Source: Malacoraja senta
Taxonomy: Eukaryota
Direction of reading: 5' to 3'
Assembly: GCA_038087875.1 (NCBI GenBank)
Contig: CM075988.1
Location: 21,206,001-21,270,000, forward strand
Length of the DNA: 64,000 nucleotides
Shown: in pieces, positions 38,646 through 51,023 of the stretch
Position numbering within the stretch: the stretch's first letter is position 1
Layout: each line of letters opens with the position of its first letter
The notes under the pieces: model-generated
Told to the model about the DNA's origin: nothing
Seen by the model: only the letters and a program-made list of their open reading frames with translations
Databases searched by the model: none
Position numbers and translations under genes: made by a program

Positions 38646-38789
38646 CTTTTCTTCTTCTTGCGTATGGCGTGCACATCCTAAAGTTGTAGGACAACTTGTT
38701 CTATTTGATCTTATTTGATTGTGCACGCCAGGTTGATTGCATTTGTTGAAAACAAGGTGGACCACGTGAAGGTTGCAATCTCCCACCCC
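38646..38789 (-). mobile_element. 144-bp non-autonomous retroposon (Ingi/Vingi-like tail) inserted into a CR1 fragment
   Basis: TSD acaaagggtggt (38634-38645 and 38790-38801). Minus-strand tail gccatacgcaagaagaagaaaaag. Perfect 11-bp stem 38665-38675/38720-38730. No Pol III A/B boxes. Clade assignment is recalled from tail similarity. Confidence 0.8.
38735..38789 (-). ncRNA. HDV-like self-cleaving ribozyme (predicted)
   Basis: Minus strand: P1 GGGGTGG/CCACCTT with G.U at pair 1, P2 GATTGCA/TGCAATC, P3 ACC/GGT, L3 TTCACGT, single P1.1 C-G, minimal P4 TT-TTC-AA, J4/2 CAAA with putative catalytic C at 38745. Confidence 0.8.
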
Positions 38790-38886
38790 ACAAAGGGTGG
38801 TGGGTGTATGAAAGAAGCTGCCAGAGGAGGTAGTTGAGACGGACTATCCCAAAGTTTAAGAAACAGTTCGACAGGTACATGGATAG

Positions 38887-39500
38887 TAGACAAAAATGCT
38901 GGAGAAACTCAACGGGTGCGGCAGCATCTATGGAGCGAAGGAAATAGGCAACGTTTGGGGCCGAAACCCTTCTTCAGACTGATGCGGAGGAGGGTGGGAG
39001 GGGGGGGGGGGGCGGGAAGAAGAAAGGAAGAGGAGGAGCCAGAGGGCTGAGGGAGAGATGAGAAGGGGAGGAGACAGCAAGGGCTACCGGAAATTGGAGA
39101 AGTCAATGTTCAAGCCACTGGGGTGCAGACTACCCAAGCGGAATATGAGGTGCTGCTCCTCCTATTTCCGGTGGTGCTCACTCTGGCAATGGAGGAGGCC
39201 CAGGACAGAAAGGTAGGATTCGGAATGGGAGGGGGAGTTGAAGTGCTGAGCCACCGGGAGATCAGGTTGGTTAATATCTCCTCCCCTTCTCAGCTCTCCC
39301 TCAGCCCTCTGGCTCCTCCTCTTCCTTTCTTCTTCCCGCCCCACCCCCCCCCCCCACCCTACATCAGTCTGAAGAAGGATTTCGGCCCAAAACGTTGCCT
39401 ATTTCCTTTGCTCCACAGATGCTGCCACACCCACCCGCTGAGTTTCCCCAGCATTTTTGTCTACCTTCGATTTTTCAGCATCTGCAGTTCCTTCTTGAAC
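38887..39500. mobile_element. Penelope-like element, 5'-truncated with inverted pseudo-LTR
   Basis: 16-bp TSD acaggtacatggatag (38871-38886 and 39501-39516). Minus strand encodes the C-terminus typical of PLE GIY-YIG regions (VAQHFNSPSHS...EEQHLIFRLG...GLNIDFS). Two inverted terminal repeats. Confidence 0.9.
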
Positions 39501-40674
39501 ACAGGTACATGGATAGGACAGGCTTAGAGGGATATTGGCCTAAGCAGACAGGTGGGACTAGTGCAGATGGGACATGTTGGCCGTTGTGGGCAAGTTGAGT
39601 CGAAGGGCCTGTATCGTTCTATGACTGCGGTATGGCAGACTATTTGTTTTAACTAATGTGTAGATGATGCAAGGAGGCAGCCTATTGCCAGCATTGGCGT
39701 TGCTAATTTACAGCTGCCCATGTTACACGTTGGGACATAATGTGTGAAAGTGAGTTACTAGGCTTCCATTTAAACAAATGGTTCTGGTAATGTGATAAAC
39801 AAGGAAGGAGACCAGGCGGCTTATGAATACTGGCAGAGTCTTATATTGAATTACGAGACCAAGGCCATGTTTATTTCTTCCTTATTATTGTCTGTGCCAT
39901 AAAATTATGCCTTTTTGTGGCTTATCTAATCATTATACTCCAGGCAAGATGCACTAAAGAGGTTCGACCGCTGGAGAAAATAAAATACTTTTAAGTCACG
40001 TTTCTGAAGCTAAATAAACATGACATCTCCCGAAGAGGTTTGAGTATATTATTGTCAGGTATTCCGAGGTACAGTGAAAGGCTTTGTTCCTCACGCCGTT
40101 CAGTCAGATCAGGTAAAACGGTGCAAGAATTCAGGGCGGGCACGACGGCGCAGCGGTAAAGCTGCTGCCTTTCAGCGCCGGAGACCCGGGTTCGATCCTG
40201 ACTACGCGCACGCTGTCTGTACGGAGTTTGTCCATTTACAAGTTACCATTTTACCGAAGCCAAGTAACCTACAAACCTGCCCCGTCTTTGTAATGTGGGG
40301 GGGGGGGGAAACCAGAGCACCAGGAGAAAATCCACGTGGTCACAGGGAAAAGGAGGTGGCGGCACTGGGCCTTCACACGTCTTTGAATTCAGTAAATTGT
40401 TCCCAGGCTAAGAAGGATTCCGAAGGGTATTTTTCTTTTAACTACCGTTCTCCTTTAGGCAATGCTTAATCTGTGCTAAACATCAGATGGAGAAAACAAG
40501 TTAGGTGGAAAGGGGTATGTGTACTCGAGGTGGGACTCATCTGTGTTTGTGGGTGGACCAATGGTGCCATCACTGCCCGGGGTGGTGTAGGACACACCCA
40601 GCAGTCTCCACGTGTGTCAAATGGTGGGTGAGCCCGCCAGCACAAAGGACTAATCTAGTTGACCACAACTGACC

Positions 40675-41832
40675 GCTATTGTGAGCAGGTTTTGGGCCCC
40701 ATGTCTGGGGAGGGATGTGCTGGCGTTGGAGAGGGTCTGGAGGAGGTTTACGAGAATGATCCCAGAAATGATTGGGTTAGCATACAATGCACATTTGACA
40801 GCACTGAACCTGCACTCACTGGAGTTTAGAAGGATGAGGGGGTGGGGGGGACCTCATTGAAAGTTACCGAATAGTGAAAAGCCTGGATAGAGTGGAGGTG
40901 GAGGGGATGTTTCCACTAGTGGGAGAGTCTAGGACCAGAGGCCATAGCCTCAGAATTAAAGGACGCACCTTTAGAAAGGGGATAAGGAGGAATTTCTTTA
41001 GTCAGAGGATGGTGAATCTGTGGAATTCATTGCCACAGACGGCTGTGGAGGCAAAGTCGATGAATGTTTCCAAGGCAAAAATAGACATATTCTTGATTAG
41101 TATAGGTGTCAGGGGTTATGGGGCGAAGCCAGGAGAATGGGTTTGAGGGAAAGATAGACCAGCCGTGATTGAATGCTGGAATGGACCTGATGGCCCGAAT
41201 GGCCTAATTCTGCTCTGAGAACTTAGACTATAACTTAGTGTAGGATAATGTTAGTGTGCAAGGATTGCTGGTTGGTGTGGACTCGGTGGGCCGAAGGGCC
41301 TGTTTCCATGCTGTATTCTTGTGATTGAGGCAGTGCAACGTAGGTTCACAAGATTGATCCCTGGGATGGCGGGACTGTCATATGAGGAAAGATTGAAAAG
41401 ACTAGGCTTGTATTCATTGGAGTTTAGAAGGATGAGGGGGAATCTTATAGAAACATGTAAAATTATAAAAGGACTGGACAAGCTAGATGCAGGACAAAAT
41501 GTTCCCAATGTTGGGCGAGTCCAGAACCAGGGGCCACAGTCTTAGAATAAAGGGGAGGCCATTTAAGACTGAGGTGAGAAAAAACTTTTTCACCCAGAGA
41601 GTTGTGAATTTATGGAATTCCCTGCCACAGAGGGCAGTGGAGGCCAAATCACTGGATGGATTTAAGAGGGAGATAGTGCTCTAGGGGCTAGTGGAATCAA
41701 GGGATATGGGGAGAAGGTAGGCACGGGTTATTGATTGGGGACGATCAGCCATGATCACAATGAATGGCGGTGCTGGCTTGAAGGGCCGAATGGTCTCCTC
41801 CTGCACCTATTTTCCATGTTTCTATGTTTCTA
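40675..41832 (+). mobile_element. Two tandem CR1 3' fragments
   Basis: MFPLVGESRTRGHSLRIKG...VNLWNSLPQ occurs twice. Confidence 0.9.
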
Positions 41833-42409
41833 TCTCTAAACTAACTCCAGACCCCTTTACAGTCTTGGTGCACCAATGACATAAGATCTTTGGCATCAGG
41901 GAAGTGTGTGATGGAATGTGGTATCAAGTAGTCCAGTAACAAATGGTGATCGGGCCTCAAAGGGAAAACTCTCCATTAGTTGGATTGGTAACTCCTGCAC
42001 AGAAATAATGTTGTGGTGATTTGTGGTGGGTAGGTCATCTGAACTTCAGGACATCACATGCGAAGTTCTTTGGGGCAGATCGTGAGGCTCCATTATCTTC
42101 AGCTGCTTCAGCGATCTCCAGACGTAAGGATTTGTTTAAGAAAGAACTGCTGATGCTGGAAAATAGACAATAGACAATAGGTGCAGGAGTAGGCCATTCG
42201 GGCCTTTGAGCCAGCACCGCCATTCAATGTGATCATGGCTGATCATCCCCAATCAGTACCCCCTTCCTGCCTTCTTCCCATATCCTCTGACTCCGCTGTC
42301 TTTAAGAGCCATATCTAGCTCTCTCTTGAAAGTATTCAGAGAACCGGCCTTCACCGCCCTCTGAGGCAGAGAATTCCACAGACTCGCAAAGCTCTGTGTG
42401 AAAAAAATC

Positions 42410-42576
42410 GAAGGTAGACAGAAATGCTGGAGAAACTCAGCGGGTGAGGCGGCATCTATGGAGCGAAGGAATAGGTGACGTTTCGGGTCGAGTTTCGACC
42501 CGAAACGTCACCTATTCCTTTGCTCCATAGATGCCGCCTCACCCGCTGAGTTTCTCCAGCATTTTTGTCTACCTTC
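42410..42576. repeat. Penelope pseudo-LTR near-perfect palindrome
   Basis: About 80-bp arms with 2 mismatches and a loop of only a few nucleotides. Confidence 0.9.
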
Positions 42577-42835
42577 CGGGCGTGAGGATGTTGGCTGTTG
42601 GATGTTGCGTTCTGTTCCACTCACATTTCCTTGGTTCATGAAATATCTGTGCCTCGTGCCAGATGTGCGCAACGTCCAAGCTGGTGCTGGGTTGCGGCAA
42701 GTAACATCAGCACCAAAACGGTTTCAGTCAAACCATCTCCTTTGAACATTCAATGACATCAACAGCAGGGATCACCATTGACCAGAAACTGGTCAGAAAT
42801 ATAAACACTGTGATTACTAAGACAGATTACGGTTA

Positions 42836-43132
42836 GCACAGGGACGCAGCGGTAGATCTGCTGCCTCGCAGCGGCAAAGACCCGGGATCCATCCTGACTT
42901 TGCCGAGTTTGTACATTCTCCCCGGTGACCCGCGTGGGTTTTCTCTGGGTGCTCCGGTTTCCTCCCACATTCCAAAGACGTACAGGTTTGTAGGTTAATT
43001 TGGCATCGGTAAAAAATTGTAAACTGTCCCCAGTGTATAGGATAGTGCGAGTGTACGGGGAGCGCTGGTTGATGCGGACTAGGTGGGCCGAAGAGCTTGT
43101 TTACGCATCGTACCTCTAAACTAAACTAAACT
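42836..43132 (+). mobile_element. HE1-type V-SINE
   Basis: tRNA head, V domain, (aaact)n tail. Confidence 0.88.
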
Positions 43133-43449
43133 AGCGCAAAGCAGGATAAAAATGCCCTGTCATAGACATCTTGACAGTACCGATTGAGCAAATGCATCAT
43201 ATAAAATTATTCTATTAGTTCGCCCTCACTGAAATGATTCAATTTCAATCAGTCCAGATGTGAATAGATGCCAAGATATATAACGATTTCAAAACCAGTG
43301 GGAATCATGTTGTAATGTTTACTTCTTGTGGTGACCGTGAAATCGATCTGTGGATGGAGATCGTTCTGAAAGTTGGCGGAGTGAATGTGGCCGACCGCAA
43401 ACAGTGAAGTTCTCGTGTTTAAGCTCTCGAATTCCTCCGCTCTGTCCGC

Positions 43450-43988
43450 CTAAACCTGCCTGATCCCCCGGTTACTCTACACTTTAAGTCCCCCTCCCAT
43501 TCCCACGCTGACCTTTCTGTCCTGGGCCTCCTCCATTGTCAGAGTGAGGCCCAGAGCAGATTGGAGGAACGGCACCTCATATTTCGCTTGGGCAGCTCGC
43601 ACCCCAGCGGTATGAACATTGACTTCTCTAACTTCAAGTAACCTTTGCTTTCCCTCTCTCTCCATCCCCTCCCCCATCCTAGTTATCCAACCAGTCTGAC
43701 TGTCCCCCCGATTCAATTTTCTGTCTGTGCTTCATTTTCATCTTCTGGCTAACATTAATCTATTCTACATTTTCCTTGAACGGCATCCTCTTTGATGTCT
43801 CGTTTTCACACCTGACACTTCCTTATCTCCGAGTCTCCCTCTCCCCCGACACTCAGTCGGAAGAAGAGTCTCAACCTGAAACGTCACTCATTCCTTCTCT
43901 CCAGAGATGCTGCCTGCCCCACTGAGTTACTCCAGCATTTTGTGTCTATATTCGTTTTCATCCAGCATCTGCAGTTCCTTCCTATACA
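43450..43988 (+). mobile_element. Penelope-like element 3' fragment (ORF C-terminus plus pseudo-LTR)
   Basis: HFKSPSHSHADLSVLGLLHCQSEAQSRLEERHLIFRLGSSHPSGMNIDFSNFK*, followed by a degenerate hammerhead-containing terminal repeat. Confidence 0.88.
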
Positions 43989-44750
43989 TTATTAATGCTA
44001 AAATCGCTTGAAGTACATAGCACTGTTCATAAATGATAGGAGCAGAATTAGGCCATTCGGCCCATCAAATCTACCCCACCATTCAGTCATGGCTGGTCTG
44101 TCATTCCCTCTTAACCCCATTCTCCTGCCTTCTCCCCATAACCCCTGACACCCGCACTAATTCAGACCAATTGCAGGGAATTGCTTCCAAGTATTTCTAT
44201 GATCCAGTGACAGAAATTCTTCCTGTGTTGTATACTTTGTACACCATCATTGCAACACTGAACTTCACTTCTAAAATTCACTGGTGGGTGGATTTGAGTT
44301 CCGAGGGGAGTCTAAAGGCCACTCACAAAGTCTGAACTCTGCAGGGCTGGAGAGAAGGAATGGGAGAGGTTTCGTGTGGAGACCTTTCTGATGCTTCAGC
44401 GTTAATAATATTAAACAAAGTATTATCCAAAGAATTGATGGTTTACAGCAGCTAATTTGATATCTCAGCGTTATTAAGTTACTGCAGCCACCTCAGACGT
44501 TGAATAATAATGCTCGGTTAATGGAGGGACAAGAGATTGCTGATGTCGGTGTCTTCAGCAAAGGTTGGAGATCTCAGTCTAGTAAATCTTGGTGACACAA
44601 GGAAATGCAGTTGCTGGAATCTCGAGCAAAACACAAAGCGCTGGAGGAACTCCGTGTGTCAGGCAGCACACGTGGAGAGAGTGGACAGATGATGAGTTGG
44701 TTGAGACCCTTCCTCAAGACTGGAGTAGAGGAGAGAAAGCTGGTAGCAAG

Positions 44751-45155
44751 CAAAGATCCCATAGCAAGCAAGATGGTCCACTCGACGAAAAAGACGTAGT
44801 ACGGTCATGGGCAGATTCATGGGTAATTTAAGGCCCCATTTCCGTAACCGGCTTCCGTCTCCGCACCAAAGATCCCATAAGATACTAGTGCGGAGACGGA
44901 AGCCGGTTACGGAAACATCCTCGTAAAAATAAAAGTTATTTGGTAAAAACCTTCTCCTCATTTTCAGAATTATAATTTATTAACACAAACTGTTCCCCCG
45001 CAACGTTGATTACACTGCGAGAGGGATAACCAAAGTCGGGTCAGGATTACTGAAATGGATGAAAAAAAGGCCCACGTTCCCCTCCGTTGCGTACTACACG
45101 TCAGCCCATTGCATTTAGCAGGAGTGGTCTATCTTGCTCCGCTATAGGATCTTTG
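44751..45155. mobile_element. hAT-type non-autonomous DNA element
   Basis: About 33-bp TIRs starting CAAAGATCC. 8-bp TSD gtagcaag/gtagaaag. Internal ~28-bp-arm hairpin at 44840-44914. Confidence 0.75.
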
Positions 45156-45565
45156 GTAGAAAGAGGCGAGGAGAAACATCATCTGTCCATTCCCTCCACA
45201 GATGCTGCCTGACCCACTGAGTTCCTCCAACACTTTGCTTTTTCTTAATATGCTAAGTCAACGTTTGTTGTAAACTTCACATTTTTTTGCGTGTTGCTCC
45301 ATTAGAAATAATCTTGGGCATGTCTGTCCCTGAAAGCGTCTGGCCGTTCTAAATGTGTAGGAAGGAACTGCAGGTGCTGGTTTAAACCGAAGATAGACAC
45401 AGAATGCTGAAGTAACTCAGCGAGACAGGCAGCATCTCTGGAGAGAAGGAAAGGGTGATATTTTGGGTTGAGACCCTTCTTCAGATTGTTTCCATATCTT
45501 TGTTGTACTTGATACTGCACCATTATGTTATCAGTTCTATATCCTTGCTTTCATAACGAAACTAA

Positions 45566-45866
45566 GGCGGCACGGTGGTGCAGCGGTAGAGTTGCAGCCT
45601 TACAGCACTTACAGTGCCAGAGACCCGGGTTCGATCCTGACTACGGGTGCTGTCTGTATGGAGTTTGTACTTTCTTCCCGTGACCGCGTGGTTTTTTTCT
45701 CCCAGACCTTCGGTTTCCTCCCACACTCCAAAGACGTACAGGTCTGTAGGTTAATTGGCTTGATATAAATGTAAATAGTGTGTGTAGGATAGTGTTAATG
45801 TGCGGAGATCGCGGACTCGGTGGGCCGAAGGGCCTGTTTCCGCGCTGTATCTCTAAACTAAACTAA
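45566..45866 (+). mobile_element. HE1-type V-SINE
   Basis: A and B boxes, V domain, tail. Confidence 0.9.
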
Positions 45867-47262
45867 AAACAAAAACCTTGATGAATGAGACTGCAAAATG
45901 GAGTAAGCGGAATAAATCAACGATGTGGTGTCGTCTAATTTTATTGTTTGACAACAGGATGTTAATATGTGCATAATCTTCATGTTCACTCTCAGACTGC
46001 TGAGGGTGACTTAATTCTGGTGCAGAGTTTTATGGTTCATTGCTGATATGAATGAAATGGAAATATTTCATTTTATGTCGACCGTGAAGTTAATGCATGT
46101 TGTCAAGTTATCTAGCATGTACGCTCCTTAATACAAATTGCAATCTGTTCCTGGCGTTAGACTTTAGAAACAGACTCGGGTCTCTGGCGCTGTAAGGCAG
46201 CAACTCTAACACTGCGCCACCGCGCCGCTCTACATTCTCGACGTCATTCCTTGAGGTGGAGTGTGTATTGTGATATCTTGTGTCCCTTATATACTCTGAT
46301 TATCGAAACCATTAAACAATAATGGGATCTACTGCAGTTCCAAATGATCATACACACTCATGACAGGCAATAATTCTTGCATCCCTGTGGTGGAAACGTT
46401 GCAGAAGACAAGCACGGAAACAGAAAATGAAGATAACCTTCAGGAATTCGAACTCTAAAGAACACCAAGATGTTAGTTTAAATTGTCATGTGCATCGAGG
46501 TACAGTGAAACGCTTTTTTGTTGTGTGCAAACAGTCAGCGGAAAGACTATAGATGATTACAATCAGTGTACAGATACATGCTAATGGGAATGCTTAACAC
46601 TAGATAAAGTCCAGTGAAGTCTGATTAATGATGGTCCGAGAATCTCCAATGAAGGATTATTAGTTGCTTCTGACCTTTCTTCAAATCCATTCACATTCAC
46701 TTCTCACTGGAATTGTTTCCCTACTCATCAACATTGTGGGAGAAGGAATTTTCCAACTTCTAATTCAACTCCCACTGAGACACTGGGGCTGAAAATTGCT
46801 TGTCTGATGTATGTGCTAAATACATCAGTGGAACCAGTTTTAGTTATGGTCACAAGCTATCCACGTTACTACCATGTGGGCTCAATGTATACGGCACAAG
46901 CCAAAATGTTGGCCCTTCATTTTAAGGTTTCAGTCAGGTAGGTATTATGTTTTTCCGTGTTGCTCCATTAGAAATAATCTTGGGCATGACTGTCCCTGAA
47001 AGCGTCTGGCCGTTCTAAATGTGTAGGAAAGAACTGCAGATGCTGGTTTAAACCGAAGATAGACACAAAATGCTGGAGTAATTCAACTGGACAGGCAGCA
47101 TCTCTGGAGAGACGGATTGGGTGACGTTTCGGGTTGAGACACTGACCCTTCCGAAGATGGGTCTCAACCCGAAACGTCACCCACTCCTTCTATTCAGACA
47201 TGCTGCGTGACCCGCTGAGTTACTCCAGCATTTTGTGTGTGGATCTTTACTACATTCCTGTA

Positions 47263-47403
47263 CAGCTGCTCCTCGACCTGCGATGGGGTTACGTTCCGAT
47301 AAACCCATCGTAAACCGGAAATATGGCGTGCGGCTCGCTGCCGTTGCCGATCGTAAAGTCGAAATATCGCAAGTGGAAGCATCGTAAATCAGGGGAGCAC
47401 CTG
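47263..47403. mobile_element. Tigger/pogo-like MITE
   Basis: TA TSD. Imperfect ~23-bp TIRs CAG(C/G)TGCTCC...CGATG. Confidence 0.75.
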
Positions 47404-47864
47404 TATTGGGAAACTGGAGATCACGGGGATGAGTGTACCAAAACATGAGTTTAGTTCCTACCGAGCTGGGTTTGAATAATGTTGTTCGACTGATAAAGGT
47501 GAGTATGAGGCTGTTGGGGATTTGTAATTCACCAGTCTTCAGGGAAAGAGTCGCCCTGCCCTTTCCTTGTCTGGCCTACGAGTTAATTGATTCCTCTGGA
47601 AACTGAGTTCGCTGAGGCCTTGGTTGTATCGAAGCACAGAAAGAGCACCAAGTCGAAATGGAAGATACCATACCAATTGGTTTGAAAGAAAATTGGTTTG
47701 CAAAGAATATAAGTAAATAATGAAGATATACGATGGAGAAATTAAGATATGTCGCAGTTGTGTTGGACATCGGTGAGGCAGCACTTGCAGGATTGTGCTC
47801 AGTTTTTGTCACCCTGCTTTTGGAAAGGTGCTGCTGAGCTGGAAAGAGCATAGGGAGGACAAAA

Positions 47865-48203
47865 GGATGACAGATGGCGCAATGGGCTAAGTGTTCGGCT
47901 GGCAACCGGAAGGTAGCCGGTTCGAATCCCGCTTGGAGTGCATACTGTCATTGTGTCCTTGGGCAAGACACTTCACCCACCTTTGCCTGCGTGTGAATGT
48001 GTGTGAGTGATTGGCGGTGGTCGGAGGGGCCGTAGGCGCAGATTAGCAGCCACGCTTCCGTCAGTCTGCCCCAGGGCAGCTGTGGCTACAGAAGTAGCTC
48101 ACCACCACCGAGTGTGACTGAGGAGTGAATGAATAATGCGATGTAAAGCGCCTTGAGTATTAGAAAGGCGCTGTATAAATCCCATCCATTATTATTATTA
48201 TTA
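47865..48203 (+). mobile_element. tRNA-derived CORE-SINE (AFC-like) with L2-type tail, copy 1
   Basis: A box TGGCGCAATGG at 47875, B box GGTTCGAATCC at 47919, CORE motif tgtgtccttgggcaagacacttcac, tail tgtaaagcgccttgag..gaaaggcgct plus (TTA)n. Confidence 0.88.
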
Positions 48204-49134
48204 AAAGATGCTGGAGTAACTCAACGGGTCAGGCGGCATCCCTGGAGAACATGGATAGAGGTGACGTTTCAGGTCGAGACCTGATGATTCCTGACCCGCT
48301 GAGTTACTCCAGCATTTTGTTTCTTTCCTGGGTAAACCGGCATCTGCATTTCCTTGTTTCCAAATGGGAGATGGAGGGCCTGGCCCCGTGCTGTGTGACT
48401 CGATGATTCTCGATGTCCCTAACTTAATATGTACTTGATGTTTATCATTCAATCTTATCAAACAGCTGTTTTCAACATATGCAGTCATAGAAACAAATAA
48501 AATAGGTGCAGGAGTAGGTCATTCGGCCCTTCGAGCCATTCAATATGATCATGGCTGATCATCCAAAATCAGTACCCCGTTCCTGCCTTTTCCCCATATC
48601 CCTTGATTCCATTAGCCCCAAGAGCTAAATCTAACTCTCTCTTGAAAACATCCAGTGAATTGGCCTCCACTGCCTTCTGTGGCAGAGAATTCCTCAGATA
48701 CCCGACTCTCTGGGTGAAAATGTTCTCCTCATCTCAGTTCTAAATGGCCTAAATTCAATCATTATTGTATTTGAAGACGAGAAGGAGGGTGGCGAATCTG
48801 TGGAATTAATTGCCACAGACCAAGGCCAAGTTAATGGATATTTGTAAGGTGGAGATTGACAGATTCTTGATTAATAAGGGTGTCAGGGGTTATGGGGAGA
48901 AGGCAGGAGAATGGGGTTGAGAGGGAAAGATAGATCAGCCGTGATTGAACGGCGGAGTAGAGTCGATGGGTCGAATGTCCTAATTCTGCTCCTAACTATG
49001 AATTTATGAAAAGGGCAAGGTGTGAAGTCAGTTGGATGGGGGAGTTGATGCAAACAACATCACCTCAGCTGTAGTGCAGTCATGGTAATAAAAAGGGGGC
49101 CAGGTGTGGTGATCAGACCTAGGTTTTGCTTTTA

Positions 49135-49415
49135 GTTTTATTTTAATTTAGCAATACAGCGCAGAAACATGCCCTCCGGCCTACTGATCAGCGATCCCCG
49201 CACGTTAACACTATCCTACACACACAAGGGCCACTTTTATATTCATACCAAGCCAATTAACATACAAACCTGCACGGTACGTCTTCGGAGTGTGGGAGGA
49301 AACCGAAGATCGCGGAGAAACCCCACGCAGGTCACGGGGAGAACGTACAAACTCCGTACAGACAGCGCCCGTAGTCAGGATCGAACCCGGGTCTCTGGCG
49401 CTGTAAGGCAGCAAC
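49135..49415 (-). mobile_element. HE1-type V-SINE
   Basis: V domain and B box. Confidence 0.87.
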
Positions 49416-50995
49416 ACAGGTGGGCCTGGAGTGAGCTGGAAGCTGTGATTCTCAGCCCAAAATGTGGGTGCCCGATATTTCTATTCAAGTAAAACTCATT
49501 TCAAACGATGACTGCCTCAAGATCTTGTCCCTTTAAATTACGCAACCTTCCCCCCCCCTTTGTGACGTACCTTTTGAACTGTGGATTGCCAATATAATCT
49601 CTAAATCGTGACTTTTCGATCGGGTTTCCATTAAGCAGAACAGAAATGCCCTGCCTGTTGACAGCATCGTTAAAAGCACAAAATATGACAGGGAAATGGT
49701 GTTAGTGGCTGGTGTAATTTTCCAATGGGCGATATTTCATCATAATGCCCGTGCAAATATTGCCAAACAAGTCCCAAATTGCATGTTATGCGACATGCAC
49801 GCATTTAAATGGGTTTCCCCTCATCCACTTTCTCTGCGTTAATGTTTCAGAGTCAACACAGCAGCCGCGGATGAAATTGGCCTTGTTCAGTGCTGGAGGA
49901 CTCAATTATCCAGTCATTACTGCATTGCTGTTGAGGGAGCCGTTTGCCCGCACATTGCCCGCTGTATTTTCAACATTACGATTGTGACCACACTTCAGAA
50001 GTACTCCATGGCTGTAAAGTACTTCATAGAGTGTTTCGAGGTTGCTGAGTCAAAAACGAAAACACAAACATTGCATTGTTAATCAAACCGAGCTGATACA
50101 GGGTCAATTGCAGGAGATTTGCCTTCCGTTTTGCAAGCCCAGGCAATTCTTTACGTTGGTTGCGAAAGAAGGAACTGCTGATGCTGGTGTACACTGAATG
50201 GTGGAGTAACTCAGCGGGACAGGCAGCGTCTCTGGAAAAAAGGAACAAAAGGGGAGAGGATAAAGGCTTTAATGTTTAGTGCAAGGTAAAGACCAGTGAA
50301 GTCCGATTAAAGCTAGTCCGAGGGTCTCCAATGAGGTAGATGGGAAGTCAGGACCGCTCTCTGGTTGGTGAATGGACGGTTCCACAGTTACCTTGCAACA
50401 GCTGGGAAGAAACTGCCTTGAATCTTGTGGTGTGCGTTTTCACACTTCTGTCCTCCTTGCTTGATGGGAAAGGGGAGAAGGAGTGACCAGGGTGAGACAG
50501 GTTATTGATAATGCTGGCGGCCTTGCTGAGGCCAACCTTGAAGTGTAGATGGAGTCAGTGGAAGGGAAATTGGTCAACGTGATGGCCTGGGCTGCATCCA
50601 CAACTAGACTGGTAGAAGATCGCAGTAGACCGTTGCTGCGGCACTCGAATACGTTATGACGCTATTCGTGTTCAAGGATCGTCAAGGTTGACTTTGAAGC
50701 AAGTCAGAACACAAGTGGGGCAAGCTGTAACGGTTCTGAAAGTGATGCACGGTCCTGATGTTGCAGGAGTGTGCTGGAGACAACAACTTGTTTGAGACTG
50801 TGTCAGCATTCACCTTGCCTGCAACTCTGTGAATTCAATGCATGATTTAAAGGGAAACCGACAGAGTTTCCCTGGATTCACTTGGACAGGAACATGGACA
50901 GGAAAGGTTTAGATGGATATGGGCCAAATGGGACTGGTTTAGGAGGGGCATCTTGGTCATTGTGGGCTCCACCTTTCCTTGGTCATCGGTCAAGT

Positions 50996-51023
50996 CTGAA
51001 GAAGGGTCTCGACCCGAAACGTC
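50996..51023 (+). ncRNA. Minimal hammerhead ribozyme core in a Penelope pseudo-LTR
   Basis: CTGAAGA-AGGGTCTCGACCC-GAAA-CGTC. The insertion 50991-51085 is flanked by the 14-bp repeat ccttggtcatcggt (50977-50990 and 51086-51099). Confidence 0.7.

Larger units (their letters stand above)
38343..39625 (+). mobile_element. CR1 3' fragment hosting two younger insertions
   Basis: APCYRKDVVKLQRVQRRFTRMLPGL...; the sequence resumes after both TSD-flanked inserts. Confidence 0.9.

Noticed and set aside
49851..49987. Phase-1 acceptor with a short ORF as the GPI exon 15
   Set aside because: ESTQQPRMKLAL...REPFARTLPAVFSTLRL* has charged residues through the tail and no resemblance to the NCAM-120 GPI signal.
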